A DNA stretch of 64,000 nucleotides from Neodothiora populina (Eukaryota), in the NCBI RefSeq assembly GCF_041146345.1, contig NW_027191411.1, positions 1,550,001 through 1,614,000 of the forward strand. The letters are read 5' to 3'. The notes under the pieces are model-generated. The model did no database searches. It saw only the letters and a list, made by a program, of their open reading frames with translations, and had not been told where the DNA came from. Shown piece after piece: positions 12,012 to 26,252 of this stretch. Numbering within the stretch: position 1 is the stretch's first letter; each line of letters starts with the position of its first letter. The translations under genes were made by a program, and so were the position numbers.

Positions 12012-13107
12012 TCAAGCCTCGAGCTGCTTCTCGTGTTCGGTCACAATAGGCAGATCGATGCTGCCAGGAGACAGCTTGCTCCAGTCTTCTTCGTAGCCCT
12101 TTTCGATGTCTGGATACGGACCCATCGGAGTGATTGCCTTTGGGTTGATGTCTTGATGACTTTTGGTGTACTGCGACTTGGTCAGTATGGCGATAACTAA
12201 GAAAAGAAGAACTATATCAGACACCCACGTTTTCCTTGATATGTTTAAAGTCCGTCGTTCCCCCGAACGCAGGGTGATTCCAGTACATGCCCTTGAGCCA
12301 GTTATGCAACACCGGGTATGTGTATCTGATATTCCCCAGGTTGCATTTGAAATGCTGAACGTACACGGGGTCGAACCTGATGAGGGTGGCGTACAGCCGC
12401 ACGTCGAGCTCAGTCATGTGCTTACCGAGGACACAGGGGCCTTTGTTCTCGTACAGTATCTTCTCCAACTTGTTCAGCGCCGCGAAAACGATGGGTACGG
12501 CTTTGTCATATGCTTCCTGCGACGAGGCGAAGCCGGCTTTGTAGACTCCTGTGTTTAGATCACGTTGCATCCATTCGCTGATCCTGTCGATTTGCTCCCT
12601 CAAGTGCTCAGGGTAAAGAGTGATCTCGGCCAGCTCAGAGGGCAGAAGGCTGTTGAAGGAAGTCTGCAGACTACGGAGCAGCTCCGCAGATTCGTTGTTG
12701 ACAATGGTGTTCAGCTTCTTGTCCCAGAGCACAGGAACAGTGTAGCGACCCTTGTAGTCCTTGTCTGCTTTGAAGTAGACTTTGTGCAGGTAGTCGCTGC
12801 CGAAGAGCTTGTCCACAGTCGCGCCGGCATACTCGTCGTCGTCCTTGGGGAAACACCAGCCGGGCCAGCCGTTCTCGTCGCCTTTAGGGTAGGGCTTGAC
12901 GACGGAGATGTCAATGTACTCCTGCAGGCCCTTGAGATGTCTCACGATGTTCGCCCGGTGTGCGAATGGGCAGAACAGGCCTATGTACATGTGATAGCGC
13001 CCTTTCTCCGGCTGTAGAGGGTTGTCGGGAGAGTCGCTTATGACGCCATGCCAGCTGTCTTCGGGCTTGGAACGATAGAAGAGTGGGACTTTGGGCTCGG
13101 CAGACAT
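12012..13107 (-). CDS. Glutathionyl-hydroquinone reductase / omega-like GST (ECM4/YqjG family)
   Basis: GRYHMY...CPFAHR active site, RYTVPVLWDKK, IVNNES, NTGVYKAGFA, RFDPVY..HFKCN. One intron near 12171..12228, then YTKSHQDINP. Confidence 0.92.
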
Positions 13108-13556
13108 GTTGCGTATACTTGATTGTGTGTGTGCGTTGCAGGTTTCTGTTGTCGAATTGAACGAGCCAGTACGGCAAGCATGAGATATGCCAAAGACTTC
13201 TCGAGTCGACCCTGCGATGGATGACAGACTCGCGTATTCGAGAAGTATGCTATCACTAATTCTGACAAAACCACAAGATTACCTCGAGATCAATTATACT
13301 ACCATCTTTCGTACAAGTCAAGATCAAAAGTACTGTGTCGTGGCCGTTGACATTATTCACCGATGACATAAGGCATCCCCACAACAGCTATACCGAGAGT
13401 GTTGCGGAAAGCTTCCGCCTGTGCCAAGGATCAACCATGCGCACACCAAGGCAAGGCAAGGTAAGGTATGCAACGGCCAAGGGACTGGAATCGAAACGAC
13501 AGAAGACGCTTTTTTCTCGAATACATCTAAAAACTTTACAAGATACATGACATGGC

Positions 13557-15073
13557 TCATTGAGACTTCTTGGTCTTGTCCTGAGCGGGGGCGCTGTAAA
13601 GCCACACAGCGACAAAGACAAGCCATCCAGTGACGGTGACACTGATGCCGGTGATCCAAGGGTATGCACCGCTGATGACATAACTCCTGGGCCACTCGTC
13701 GTGGGCAAAGTGACGCACAGTGACGGTCCTCTTCTCGTAGACGTTGGTCAGGAAGGGACGCTTGTAGTTGACGATGAAGTTGAAGATGCCGTGCTGGTCG
13801 GGCAGGACAAAAGAGGTGCTGAAGATGGTGGCATTGGCCGTCTGCGAGTCCGACTGGAGAGTGAGACGGTGGAAGGGCGAGAGCATGCTGAACTCGAGCT
13901 GGACGGCATCGGTTGCAGGGAGGCTGTAAGGGACAAAGTGGTCCATGTCGTACTCGGAGAGCTCAAGCGCGAAATGCTGGGAGATCATGTTAGCATACAG
14001 GGTATGACACAGGATCGCGTCAGATATCACATACCACCTTGTTCTTGATTCTATAAAGACCGTCGTAGGTCTGGGTGAACTCGGGGATGGTGAGGTTTCT
14101 GCCAGTGCCGAGGTCTTCGTTCAAGAAGTGCTGAAGACGGCCGACCTTGAGGACACCAAGCTCCTGGAAAGTCCAGGCGGTCAACTTCTCGGCGAACAGC
14201 TCGTTGGCAGTGGCAGCCTCGGCGCCGGCGGGAGTCTTGACCTTGGCATCAAACCACTGGTCCTCGAGCATCTCTGCAGAACCAAGAACGGTGAAGCGGG
14301 CAGAGTTGCGGCCCTGGAAAGTGGTGACGAGAGACAACTGAGAGCCAACAGCAAAGAGATGCTCGAGAGACTCGGACTCCTCCTTGGGGTTGTAAGTGTA
14401 GGCGGTGGCCGGGGCCTTGAGGATGGGAGCGAGCAAGGGGCTTGCATTGCCAAGGACCTGACCGACAGCGCGAGGGACGGCAAGAAGACCATCGACAGCA
14501 AAGTAGTTCTTGACACCGGGCTTCAACACCTTGGGGGCCGGGAGGACGAGAACGTCGTGCTTCTCGGCGGCGCTCTTGACATCGTAGTTGAAATGGTCGA
14601 CAACCAATGCGTTGCGCTCAGGCGGCAGGGCAATGTCGAGCTCGAGTAGGAGAGAGGAAACAGCAGAAGGAATTGATTGCTCGGCCGACAGAGCGAGCAG
14701 GATGTTGCCGTTCTTGTTGACGTAGTCGACGAGGATGTTCGGGGTCAGGTTGGGACCGAGACCCTTGGACTTGGTAGGAAGGAGGATCAGGTGGTCGTAG
14801 GCAAGGTCGCCATGCTTGAAGAGAGAGAGGGTGGTGGACTTGGGAGACTCGAAGGAGAGCTCGAATCCACGTGCTGCAGATTAAATGCAAAATTAATATT
14901 CAGAAGGGAAAGAGATATAACAACAACTCACCCTCCAGATCCCCCCAGAACTTGGAGTATTTGCTCTTCTCGGCGGCCTCTTCCAGCACAACCAGCAGAC
15001 GGCTGCCTGTCGAGCTCAATGCTTGCACCACGCCCAGAAGGGCAAAGAGCAGAAGAGAGAGGACTGCCTTCAT
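13557..15073 (-). CDS. WBP1: Oligosaccharyltransferase beta subunit (OST48/DDOST)
   Basis: Signal peptide MKAVLSLLLFALLGVVQA, VVDHFNYD, QGRNSARFT, PDQHGIFNF, VRHFAHDEWPRS, and a C-terminal TM helix with KKxx (KTKKSQ). Two introns. Confidence 0.95.
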
Positions 15074-15393
15074 CTTTGAGATGCTTGTGAATTGGAATCT
15101 CAATCACTTGTTGTAGAGAGACGAGGATGAAGCTCCACGTAGACGTAAGTCCGCCAAGACATGTCCTGGAGACTTCCAATTGTACCGTACGAGAGGGGAG
15201 CTGCTTCTGCGAGTCATGTCCACATCCAAGTGGTCCCGCGACGAGAGTCATGACTCCGACAGTGCCAAGACTGACGACCTCTGAACCTCGAACCTCGAAC
15301 CTCCATCCGCCGGCGAGTCGGCTGCGAGACAAAGGTAATAATATCCTCCACCCTCCATCCTCCATCTCCCCCAAACTCCAGCACTCTCTCACA

Positions 15394-15727
15394 ATGGCGC
15401 CCGTCTCCTTCTGGTCGTCCCCATCGCTCTACATCAAGTGGGCCGCCCGCTACAAGCCCGCCATCTTCTGGTCCATTGTCGTCGGCAGCGTCGGCCCCGT
15501 CATGGCTCTGACCGTGCCCCCAATCAGGAGAAGACTCGGCGACGGTCCCAGGCCGCAGATTCCTCTGACCTACCCGAGTGAGTTGTCTTCCATCACGGGC
15601 TTGGTCGGACAAGCAATCATACTGCAGGAGAACGACGACGGCTTTGATATAGAAACACAAAACTGACTTGCGCATCTCTCTAGTCCCCAAGGGCCCCCGT
15701 CTCAACCCTGCCGGCTACGAGGATTAG
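15394..15727 (+). CDS. NADH:ubiquinone oxidoreductase 9.5 kDa subunit (NDUFA3-like)
   Basis: MAPVSFWSSP..YIKWAARYKPAIFWS..G..GP...PLTYP, one intron, then IPKGPRLNPAGYED*. Confidence 0.88.
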
Positions 15728-15859
15728 ATTCGACAGACCAACCAAAGTCATTTGCTCGACTCGAAACCAACAAGAGCGTGACACCCCCAAGGTGTACCAT
15801 GAAATTTTTGTATATATCCAGGAGCGCGCTAGGGAACACAGTTGCGAGGGGGTTGGGTG

Positions 15860-15981
15860 GGCAGGCAGGCAGGCAGGCAGGCATCCGACGACGACACCGA
15901 AAGAGTCGAAGAACTGAATTTCGTGTCGGCGTGTGGAAATTGCAGAGTCCGACGACGACGACGACGACGACGATGATGACG
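15860..15981. repeat. Microsatellites (GGCA)n and (GAC/GAT)n
   Basis: Directly visible simple repeats at ~15860-15883 and ~15950-15981. Confidence 0.85.
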
Positions 15982-16336
15982 CGAGCACAATCGTGAAGCA
16001 CCGAAGAAATAAAGGAGTCTGGTGGGGGAAAGACGAGACGCTGTGTCAGGTCGACTCTTCCCGCCGTTGTTGTCCGTCAGTGTACTCGTAAAAAGAACAA
16101 CCCGATGAGGTCTGCCAGAAGAAGGCTCACGTCATTTTCAACTTCGATTGATTTTCCTTGCGTTGGTTGTTCACCGTGTATTTGTTTCTCGTGACTCGTC
16201 TACCAGGTATCTTACAAGTACGGGCCCCTGTCGTCGTCTGTGACCAGAGCATGATGTAATAAGAAGTGCTGGTTGAAGAAGCAGCCTTAATGCACTTTCC
16301 TCTTTCAGCATTGTAAGCTCCTTCCCTCCCTCGGCC

Positions 16337-18123
16337 TCAGTGACGGCGAACAACACGAGCAGCAGGAACGCGACCAACAGCTTCCTGCTGACGCGCCAGT
16401 CTGAAACCACGCTCACTCTCCTCGTCGAGATCCGTCTCCTCCTTGAGACCAGCACCATCGCTCTCTCCACCCTCGACTTTAAAGTCCATGACGTCTCCGT
16501 TTCCAGCAACAAAGTCCTCGTCCGCGGCCATGTCCTCGTCTCCCTTGCCGTCGTCATCGTTGTGAGCGTCACGAGTCAAGTCCCCGGCAGGAGCGACTGA
16601 TCCGAACTGAGCGCTCACAGAGCCAAAAGTCAACATGTCGTCGTTGTCGGGGTCGATGCTGGGGTCGACGGCCGCCCACTCGTCCACGGCGTTGTTGAGC
16701 CATGGGTAGTCTTCGTTGGTCACTACGATGCATGTGAAGTGCTTCTTGTTGTTGCTTGGGGCTAGGCAGCTGTTGTTTACGAAGAGGGGCTTTTGTGCAG
16801 AAAGTTGTCAGTAATTTGCTACTAAGTGATTGATTGGGTGATTGATGGTTAAAAATACCTCGACAAGACGCCTGGCCAGGTTTCTGGTTCCTTCGACTCT
16901 GCTGTACAGAGCTGCCTTTCCCTTGTTGGACATGGGGAAGATTGCGTGGAAGTCGCCCATTTTGTCGCGGGTCAGGTACTCTTTGCCTTGACGGATGTCG
17001 TTGTAGAACTGATAGCCGTTGTCGCTGGCTTTGTGTGTGTGGTCCTGTCGTTCTTAGTCAGTATCCTCTCTTTCTCTCAGACTCAACATCTAGACCGGCG
17101 TGACAAAAACGGTCTTCTTTATAAGTATTAGAAATGGTCACTCACACCCGCCAGGCTCTGGCCCAGATATTGACGGAAGATACAAAGCGCCTGCCACCAG
17201 TACACGTCGCCAGCATAGCTCTGGCGTCCGATGTCGTCCGTGTCGGCGCGCCCACTCTCACTTACTCTTTGCATCTGAGCAGGATAGAAGGAAACAAGCG
17301 CCTCATCGATGGCACGACACTTGTCTCTCAGCTGGGTGACTTTCTTCGTGACGAAGCCCCTAAGCACGGGACGGATGTCGTCGAGCTTGGTGTTGGTCGG
17401 CATCAGCCCGTACTTGTTGCCGCAGATCATACGCGTCGACTGGAAGTGGTTGTAGCGGCCCGTCAGGTGGATCAGGGCTTCTCTGAAAATGTTCTTCGAC
17501 TTCATACGATAAGCAAGGTCGAGCCATTCGATTGGCTGGTCCGCGATGGCGGCATAGAGGGGCTGTCCCATGGAGAGAAGTGAGCTTTCGATGAAGCTCG
17601 CGATGCTGTGGACCTAGTGAGAGCCGTTTAGTATCAATTGACCGATATCAAGGTTCAGATCATTGTCACGAACAGATCCCAGATACTCAGCCCATTTCAT
17701 CAGCTCGAGCGCTTCCTGCATCGCGACATCAATAGAGCTGCAGTCGATCTCGACGCGTTTGCCGTAGTAGCTCTCAAGGATCTTCTCAATCGCGTCGTAC
17801 ACTTTCGCATCAATGCAGGCAATCTCATCTTCATACAAGTTCCACACGCGCGTGGTAGGTTGGCCATTGCTATCGACGTCTACGCGACGGATTTCGGGAT
17901 CTACTGCTCTTATGGTGAGTGGATCCCAGAAGTGCAAGACTAAATGATAGCGTCTTCCTCTAATGCAGCCATAGGGAGACAAGACTGGACCTTCTTTGGC
18001 CAGCAGGCGCTCGAATAACGCGCTGCCTTCTTTGAGAGTCTCGGAGTGAGCAAGCATGCGACGGTCGAAAGAGAGCTCGATAATCGTGTCGACACCGTCA
18101 GCGTAGGAAGCATCGCGTGGCAT
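16337..18123 (-). CDS. Fungal hypothetical protein, BTB/POZ-like, 4 exons (alternative start 18177)
   Basis: Exons splice in frame: ..LAHSETLK..KWAEYLGS | VHSIAS..WLDLAYRMKSKNIFREALIHLTGRY.. | DHTHKA..FPMSNKG.. | PLFVNNS..HFTCIVVTNEDYPW, then an acidic tail. Confidence 0.75.
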
Positions 18124-20020
18124 GGTGTTTGAATGATCGAAGCGAAACTTGCGACGCGAAAGGAATGCCTCTGGCATACTTAGATCATGCGGTAGGAAGG
18201 AAGATATCTTGTTTCGGATAATTGAAGTGGTATGTGTGAGGGAAGCTAGTAAGGGCAAGATGAGGCAACTACTCCAGTGACCAGACCACCTAAGTGAGAT
18301 CGGTCGGAATCACTGACGGCGCTAGCGCCACTTACTACTTGTCTTGAGGGTTCAGCACAGGAACTAACAAGATGCATATGAATGGGGAAAGGCCCTGTTT
18401 GCTCAGCAGGTTATGTCCGCTGGAAAGTGGCTTCCTTTACAGCTAACGCATGTCGCGATACTACACTTTGTCATCGACCTTGGTCTTTAACTTCCTCCTC
18501 TGTAGGTCCTACAATTCCTGCCTATAGGAAGACTCCTATGTCGGGAGACGAGACGACCACAAGCAATACCATGTGAAGTAATGTGTTCTACATAACGCGA
18601 TCATGCGCTGGTTGGAAAGCGAGCATGAACGCTAGAACATAGGCTTCCATGCGACATGGGCTTAGAGAACATGGTGGGTGGACTTACCAATGGGTGTCTC
18701 TTTGCGCGAGTCAGGGGATATGAGCCATCGCGTTCTGGTTGACAAGCTTCAATGGGGGGTCCAGGGAGCTTTTGCTGGGGTATGACGTCCATAGCTCCTG
18801 CCTAGACTCCGAGCTCATGGGGAATGGGAGGGCAGTGGAAAGATCATGCTCCACCAACATGGGCGAAGAGCAGGCGAGGTCCGTGCTTCGATATGGAGCC
18901 GCCAGCACTACCAAGTGAAGGAAGTGATCCAAGCAAGCATGTCCAGGCGCGAGAGGTCTCAAGGACTGGACTCGAAAGGTATCAACGCCTAAGGTGATCC
19001 AGGATAGGACTGAGCAAGCATTTCGTATAGCCCTCAAAGGAAACAATGAGATGTGAATACCATTCGCCGGTATGCCATGGATTGATCAAGTGCTGCATAT
19101 TCGCTCTATTCGACTGTAATATGCTAGTCGTCCGTGAAAGTATTACAAATTAAGGCTGCAATGATCATATTGTGGATATCGGCGAGGTGAGAGAGCAAAG
19201 ACGCTCCATTGGCTTTCTCCAGATATATTCTTCCTCGAGATAGCAAGCTCTCGATGTTGACTCGGTGAATATCGTTGTTGGCAATGATGAAGATGGAGTG
19301 ATGTTATTGACTAGCACTACTCTACCTTGTGCTCCGATAGAATGAGATGGCCCTAGGTGGTGGGTGACGGAATGGTTGTCCATACTCTATTCCAGTGATT
19401 GAGATAAAATCGCAGGTAGCATGTTGTCAATTGAAATGCGGCCGAATCCGACTTCGGTACTAATTATCGGCGCTCGCAGTCATCGTCTCGAATCCAAGCG
19501 AAGGCGAATGCTCATATCGCAGATGATATTAATGAACAGAGCTCTCGAATAAGCAGAACAATGGGGTGAAATGTGAAATCCAACGGAGAACGATGTGGTC
19601 AACATGCAAAGCACAGTCTATCAAACTTCCGAACTAGGCTCTTATCGGAAGGTACTTCCCCCCATGTAACAGGCATCTTCAATGTAATCCAGCCGATCTC
19701 GCCGTCTCGCATATGCACGTGTGTCAATCTCTGGATACCAGATACCAAGCCTGTAACTGCTACGGCGAGGTCCGTCGAGGGGCGAAATGGATCTACTATC
19801 AATCCAAGAATTCGGAGGCATGATTGAAAAGACAGATCCTCCCCACTCACTGGCCATGTCCAGACCTTCTCCGGCGTCCGGCCCAACATTGATCAGATAG
19901 TCTTTGAGTAGTTGCTGTCAGTGCAGCGTGAACCGATAAGAGCACCTGTCTATCACCGAACCTTGATATAGTCTGGAATACGCAGCTTTCTGAGGAAGCC
20001 AAACCATACTTCAAGACGAG

Positions 20021-22453
20021 ATGCGTCTCCAGACTGCTGTTGCCGCCAGCGCGTTGCTGTCAGCAGCCCCAGTTTTGGCATGTGATGGCTGTGAACATCC
20101 AGAGAGAGACGTCGTCTTGACAAGAAATGTCCGCCGCATGCAACCTGATGCACTGAATGCAATTGTACAGCCTCGTGGGCCATTGCCTTGGGGTCAATTG
20201 AATGTGCTTCACACAACCGACACACATGGTAAGTCAGGAGCCAGCTTGCGAAGACAACAGACTGACGATCTATATAGGTTGGCTAGAGGGCCATCTCAAG
20301 GTGGGCAGATGGCACGGGTCCAATTGACAAACAAGATACTGATATCGTGCAGGAACAAAATTATGGTGCCGATTGGGGTGACTTTGTGAGCTTCAGCAAG
20401 GACATGAAGAAGAAGGCCAAAGATCTCAAGGTCGACTTGCTTCTGATTGATACTGGCGATCTTCACGATGGCGCGGGTCTCTCAGATGCCACTGCAAAGC
20501 TCACTGATGGAGTGAATGGCGCTCTGAGCAACCCAATCTTTCAAAACATTGACTATGATCTCTTGACGATCGGCAACCATGAACTTTATGTCACGGAAAT
20601 TGCCTATGAGACGTTTGCTGAGTTCCCTAAGACCTATGGAGATAGGTACCTCACGAGCAATGTCCAGATCTATAACCCCAGTACTGGCGCCTACGAGTAC
20701 ATTGGGGCCACTCACCGTTATTTCACCACGGAACACGGTATGTGAGCAAGAAACATGCGGAGATGAAAATGTCTGACCCAGTTCAGGTCTAAGGATTATG
20801 GCCTTTGGTGTACTCTTCGACTTTACTGGTAACAGCAATGCCTCCAAGGTGATCAAAGCTGCCGACATGGTGAAGGAGTCTTGGTTCCTCAATGCTCTGA
20901 ACCACACGAAGCCAATTGATTTGTTTCTTTTGATTGGCCACAACCCTGTCCGTCCAACTGACAGCGGAAACACTTTCAAAGTGAGTCTTGTTGTGACAAT
21001 ATTGCCATCGAAGTGATCCTAACTTGCGTAGACTGTCTTCAACGCCATTCGAGCTGTCAAGCCGGATATTCCTATTCAGATTTTTGGCGGTCACAGCCAC
21101 ATCCGTGATTTTGCTGTCTACGATGACAAGACTACTGCTCTGGAGTCAGGCAGATACTGCGAGACACTAGGTTGGCTTTCCATGAGCGGCATTCAATCAA
21201 GCCATTATCATGGTGCAGTCAATCCTCGTGGCGTACCGAATCCAACCGTACAAGCCAAAAAGGTAGGCACCAGCACAGGCTATGCCAGTCTTGCCTCTTC
21301 TACGAGTGCTTCGAATCTCACCTACTCCCGTCGTTATCTGGACTGGAACAGGCTATCTTTCGAGTATCACGCTGCGGGTAGCCAGAAAAAAGCGTTTGAC
21401 ATCAAGAAAGGTGTCAGTGTTTCACAGAACATCACTGGTGAGTCACTAGACCTCTGGAAGTGATCACTTTCGACTGACCAGTTTCCCTTAGCGATCAGAA
21501 AGGAACTCAATCTCACCTCGCTCTATGGATGTGCGCCACAGACGTGGTGCATCTCTTGTGCACCATTCCTTTCCGAGGGAAGCATCTTCTCTCTACTCCA
21601 GACTGCGCTCACCGCAACAGTCGTCAAGGAGGATCGCGCAGAGATCCCTCGATTGATCATTCTGAACACAGGGTCTGTAAGGTTTGACCTCCCTGAAGGT
21701 AAGCACACAAGTCATCCATCTATCTTCGGCAAGTGTATTGATCCATCGAAATAGGCCCATTCACCTACGACGACTCGTTCATTGTCTCGCCGTTTGCCGA
21801 CGGATTCCAATACATCCCCAACGTGCCTTATGGTGTGGCCACAGTAAGTGTCCAGGCTGTCTCTACGGGAAATACAAGTGCTGACCGTCTCGAAGAAAGT
21901 ACTTGATGCTCTGAACGGCGGCAACTACCCCTCCAAGAGATCCCTGACCACTGAGTCCTTCGGTTTCACTCAAGTTAACCCATCTCTCCAAGTCGAAGCC
22001 TGTATAGATCCACCAGTGACTCACGACCACATGCACACCAAGCGCAGCTACCCCGGCGGCCGCATCGTGCGTCGTCAATCCAGCACTGCAACACCCGGCT
22101 ACACAACAACCGACGACTTCGGCACCGACGGCGACGACACCCCTCACAGCACCATCCCACGCTACAGCTCGCCGGATTTCTTCCAGTCAAACGGCAGTCT
22201 GCCCTCCAACGGCACGTTGTCCAGCGACGCACCCATCGACCTCATCTTCCTCGACTATGTCGCTGATTCCGTCATCGCGGTCCTCAACAACAATGGCTTC
22301 GCCGCCACCGAGGACGATACTAGTTATTACATGCCGCAGAGCTTCACGACAAACAGTTACCTGCCGGCTTATGCCCAGCTGGCGGCTTCGTGGCAGGCGA
22401 ATGTGCCGGGTTGTCCTGTTGGTCGGGGAATTGGCTATAACACGACTTCCTAG
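20021..22453 (+). CDS. Secreted calcineurin-like metallophosphoesterase / 5'-nucleotidase family
   Basis: Signal peptide plus HTTDTHGW, DTGDLHDG, IGNHELY, IGHNP, GGHSHIRD and ESGRY motifs. About 7 introns. Confidence 0.9.
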
Positions 22454-23567
22454 ACGTTGTGCCTCTTAGCAAAGACGCTCACTTTCGAAAAAGTTGTACG
22501 ACAGGTAGGGGCCGTGGATCTAGGAACTCTTATCCCTACTTCCCTACAGAGGAAGCAGAGGAAGCTACTACATAGAGAGAAATGCACCCATCCCCAAAAG
22601 GACAAAAAACAATAATCATCACCCAATCATAATCTAGAATGAACCCTTCCCAGTCGCTTTTTTCGATGACTTGTACTGTACTTTTCCCTTTTCTCATCAT
22701 CACGCTAAAATCTATAGCATCTCCGAGTCCAATCTCTCACGATCGAGGGCGACCCTGTCCAATACCGCCCCCTAACCTGGCCTCGATCTCCCCTTTATTC
22801 CAGATGGTCCTGGTGCATAATCAGAGTTGTCCTACAGATATCCGAACATCTCTCATTGTATACCTCGTGTCAAATAAGGCATGATATCCAGCCTGACAGC
22901 TGCTTGTCCTGTTGTTGCGTGCTTGGAGTGTCCGATGTAGGAATATCATATGGTAGGGGCAACTAGCTGCTTTAAAACACGGTGTCCGTGCAGTGGTTTG
23001 GTATGTCTGATAGAGCACCTTCTTGCGGAAACGACTAAGCATACGCAAAAAGGAAACAATGGTATCTTACGACGGTCCATCAGGGAGCAGAGACATAGTC
23101 ACACGGAAGAAAAATGTAGTGAGTAATGATTTGATTGGAGGATTGCTTTTATTCATGAGTCCACAAGTCGAATCGAAGTGTAACTCTGGCGACTTGACCA
23201 CTTCCGATCGTGATATCTCATAAACCGACCAAAGAGGCTCGTAGCCAGGCTTAATCGCCACCCGTCTTTGTTTGCTTTGCCACATCCTGTTACCTGACCG
23301 AAGCCAGTTATACGTCCTGATACGAAAGCATCCATTGCACGCCCGGCTGCCGCGACTGCTTTCTTTCCTTCCATAGAAAAAACCCCACGCCATGCTAGAA
23401 AATAGAGAACCATGAGTGTGGAGTATCAGAAAAGACCCGAAAGAAGTAGAAATCAATACAAATAATGACGGTGTTCCATCTACAGTATGAGGTATACTGG
23501 AGGAACCGTCCATGAAGAAAAGAAAAGTTGACACGAAATATGCGTCGGTTGGGACCGTTGCTTTGGA

Positions 23568-26252
23568 TTACTGGCGGAGCAGATGAGCAAAGACAATCGT
23601 CTTCTCGGTCTCGAGTGGAGTAGAGCCAGTTGCACCTCCCTTGGCAGTTCCGGCAGCCACAATCTCGACCTCAATGCGGTTGACACCGTGGAGAAGCGAT
23701 GCATCATACACCTGCTTGGGCGCGCTGCCGTTGATATCGCCATTCAGAAAAGGACGGCTCGTCGCCATCAAGCGGACACCGTTGACAGTGACGAAAAGCT
23801 TATACTGTCGACTCTGAAGTAGCTGTTGGGATACAGTCGGCACGATCTGGAGAGAAAAGTATGTAGCTGGGAGCATGATAGTGAGGGATTGCTGTGTGAA
23901 GGTGGGTGAGGGCGTGATATCGAGCTTGTATCGTTTCGGCACATTCAATTGAGGGTGACTCGTGATTGTCAGGCCTGGAAGCAAGGCGTCGGCGACTGGC
24001 TTGGTGCGAGTGAAATTGTCGATGAATGTAGTCGGCGCAGGCAGATAAGTGGGTATCTGAGGGGCCTTGTGAGGCGTTTGCGCGGTCGGCGGGCGCGGAC
24101 TGGCGCTTGGTACACGCGGTGCTGGCGGTGCCATGGATGTAGGTGGTTGAGAAGGTGCCTTCACCTCAGGAGCGGTGCTTTGCGGGCGTGCAACGGATGG
24201 AGATGGTGAGGGAATAGCTGACTTCTCCGCCTTAACAGAGGTCGCGGTCACAGGAGGCGATGATGCTTGTCCAGTCCGACTCAGTGTCCTCTTCATGGGT
24301 GAGGCGGCACCAGCAGTGGTCGGTGCCTGCGACGTGGATCTGGACGGAGGAATACTAGTCTTTCGTGGAACAGGAGTCTGATGACCATTAATACCAGTCT
24401 GAACCGCTTGTTTCTGTCGTGCAAGGGCGTCATTGTCGACTGTGACACCGGGAGTAGCAGCAGCAGCAGCAGCTGGGGCAGGCGAGCCCTTCGAACCCAG
24501 ATGCAACACCGCTTTCGGTCTGCCTTTGAGGGTGATCTTGGGCTGCTGAGGAGTCTCGACCTTGATTTGTTCTTTAGCCAAGGCTAGTCTCTCCTTGAAC
24601 AATTTTTCAAAGTCGTTGGCGAGAATGAACATGTCGCTACCATCCTCGTTGTATGTCCTAGCATTAGTCCAGATATGCGCGAATTCGTTCTCGAATGCAT
24701 CCCAATTTTTGTAATCAGAAACGCCGGTAGGCTTCTCGCGGCCATGTTGGCCCCTACTGCGTTTCTTGATCGCAGACAGCGAGACAGGCTTCTTGATGAC
24801 CTGATAATAGTCTGTCAAAGAGCGCGATGGCAGGTTCACAAATGGGGAGAAGACTTGTACGCTATAGATCACGTCAGTTCTGACGCAAGTCGATACCCAA
24901 TAGGAGTGTGAAGCTTACTTGTCCACAGTGTGCGAGATCATCTCACTGACAATCTGTTCCTGTGCTTGCTGGAAAGTCATGCCGGTGAAATCACCAGGCG
25001 GGGCAGGTGTGGCAGTGACCGCCTCTTCTGTCGCAGCGCTGGGACTATCGGCGGCGACCGAAGCCTTGCGATTCTTGAGCGAGAGCGTGACTGTTGGTTT
25101 TCGAGGCTGTTCGCTTGAATCTCTAGTCGCTGGTTTTGGGGTGGCAGGAACTTCTGTTGCCTCGGCGGGGCTGCTGTTCTCACCAGGGATAGGCGTAGGG
25201 AATGCAACGTAGCCAGGGTCCTTATAAGCTGGATTGTTCTTGCTCATGAAGTTGGAGACCATCTTTCTGATGCGCTCTGCATCGGAATAAACTACAGAGC
25301 CAACCTCATTATAGAACTTTGCATTTGCGACCATCCGCTTGAGGTCGCTCTCGAGCTGTGTCATGTTGGGATATCCATGCTGATTCAGTTTGGCCTGATG
25401 CATTCAAGTAAGTACGACTTGCGTTTCTTGTGGAATAGTCCATCATTATGCAAATCCCTACCTCAACAGTCCCGAGTGAAATGGGCAATTTGATCGAGAC
25501 ATAATAGTCTGGCAGCTCGTCCTGATTGTACATGTCAGCGCATTGCAGTGACCATTGAGAGTAAGAAGTGTGTTAATACCTTGTCGGGAAGGTCAAGGAA
25601 GAGGTCAGAGATCACTCGTCCACTGTGGCTCTTATATGTCAGTAGATGTGCGCGGTCATGGAGATCTGATAAGCTCGGTGGTATAAGGCGATATCCAAGT
25701 CATGCAATGGCAGAGCGCTACGAGCACAAAGCGGGGAGGGTGTCTGACGTCTTATCCTTTGCGACCTTAATCTGGTCGATGAATTGAAGACCATTTCGAG
25801 TCGTCGCCTCGGGGTCGTCCTGCTGTTTTGCGCCATGTCAGCCAATTGCTTGAACAGGTCCACGCATCTTTCGCCGGAGTTTCTTTGTTTGCAGGATATG
25901 GCGAGTTCGCTCATGACATGTTGGAGATGTTGGAGTATTGCATAGAGAATCAACCCGCGCCGCCGACTGCCCATGCTCGACATCGTTGGCGTCGCGGATC
26001 CCCTTCGCGTCTTCCCAGCGTCTTCCTATTTCTCCAACAACTCCTTCCCGCTCGACGCAGCGCGTCGCGACATCAACAACAAAGCTGCCTCAATCACCAC
26101 CGGACTCCGCTGCTCCTCTCGCCAACCGACACCAGCGACCATAATATCGCGACCTTTCCACTTACCGGTACAAACTTTGCTCTCTTGGCTGCGCTACCCT
26201 CGAATTCGGGTGATGCGCCGGGCGCAGACTTGCGCTTTCTGTTGCGATCCAT
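23568..26252 (-). CDS. Tandem bromodomain chromatin-remodelling protein (RSC / polybromo-like)
   Basis: Two bromodomains (FLDLPDK|DELPDYY...MVANAKFYN and PFVNLPSR..DYY...IWTNARTYN), an NLS-like N-terminus RKRK..KRAK, and a Pro-rich linker. Five introns traced. Confidence 0.85.

Noticed and set aside
8998..15073. ALG3 and WBP1 close together as an N-glycosylation cluster
   Set aside because: They are separated by unrelated genes, and two housekeeping genes nearby is plausible by chance.
18300..19950. Protein-like fragments on the minus strand (possible pseudogene)
   Set aside because: Interrupted by stops, and I recognise no homology; insufficient support without a search.
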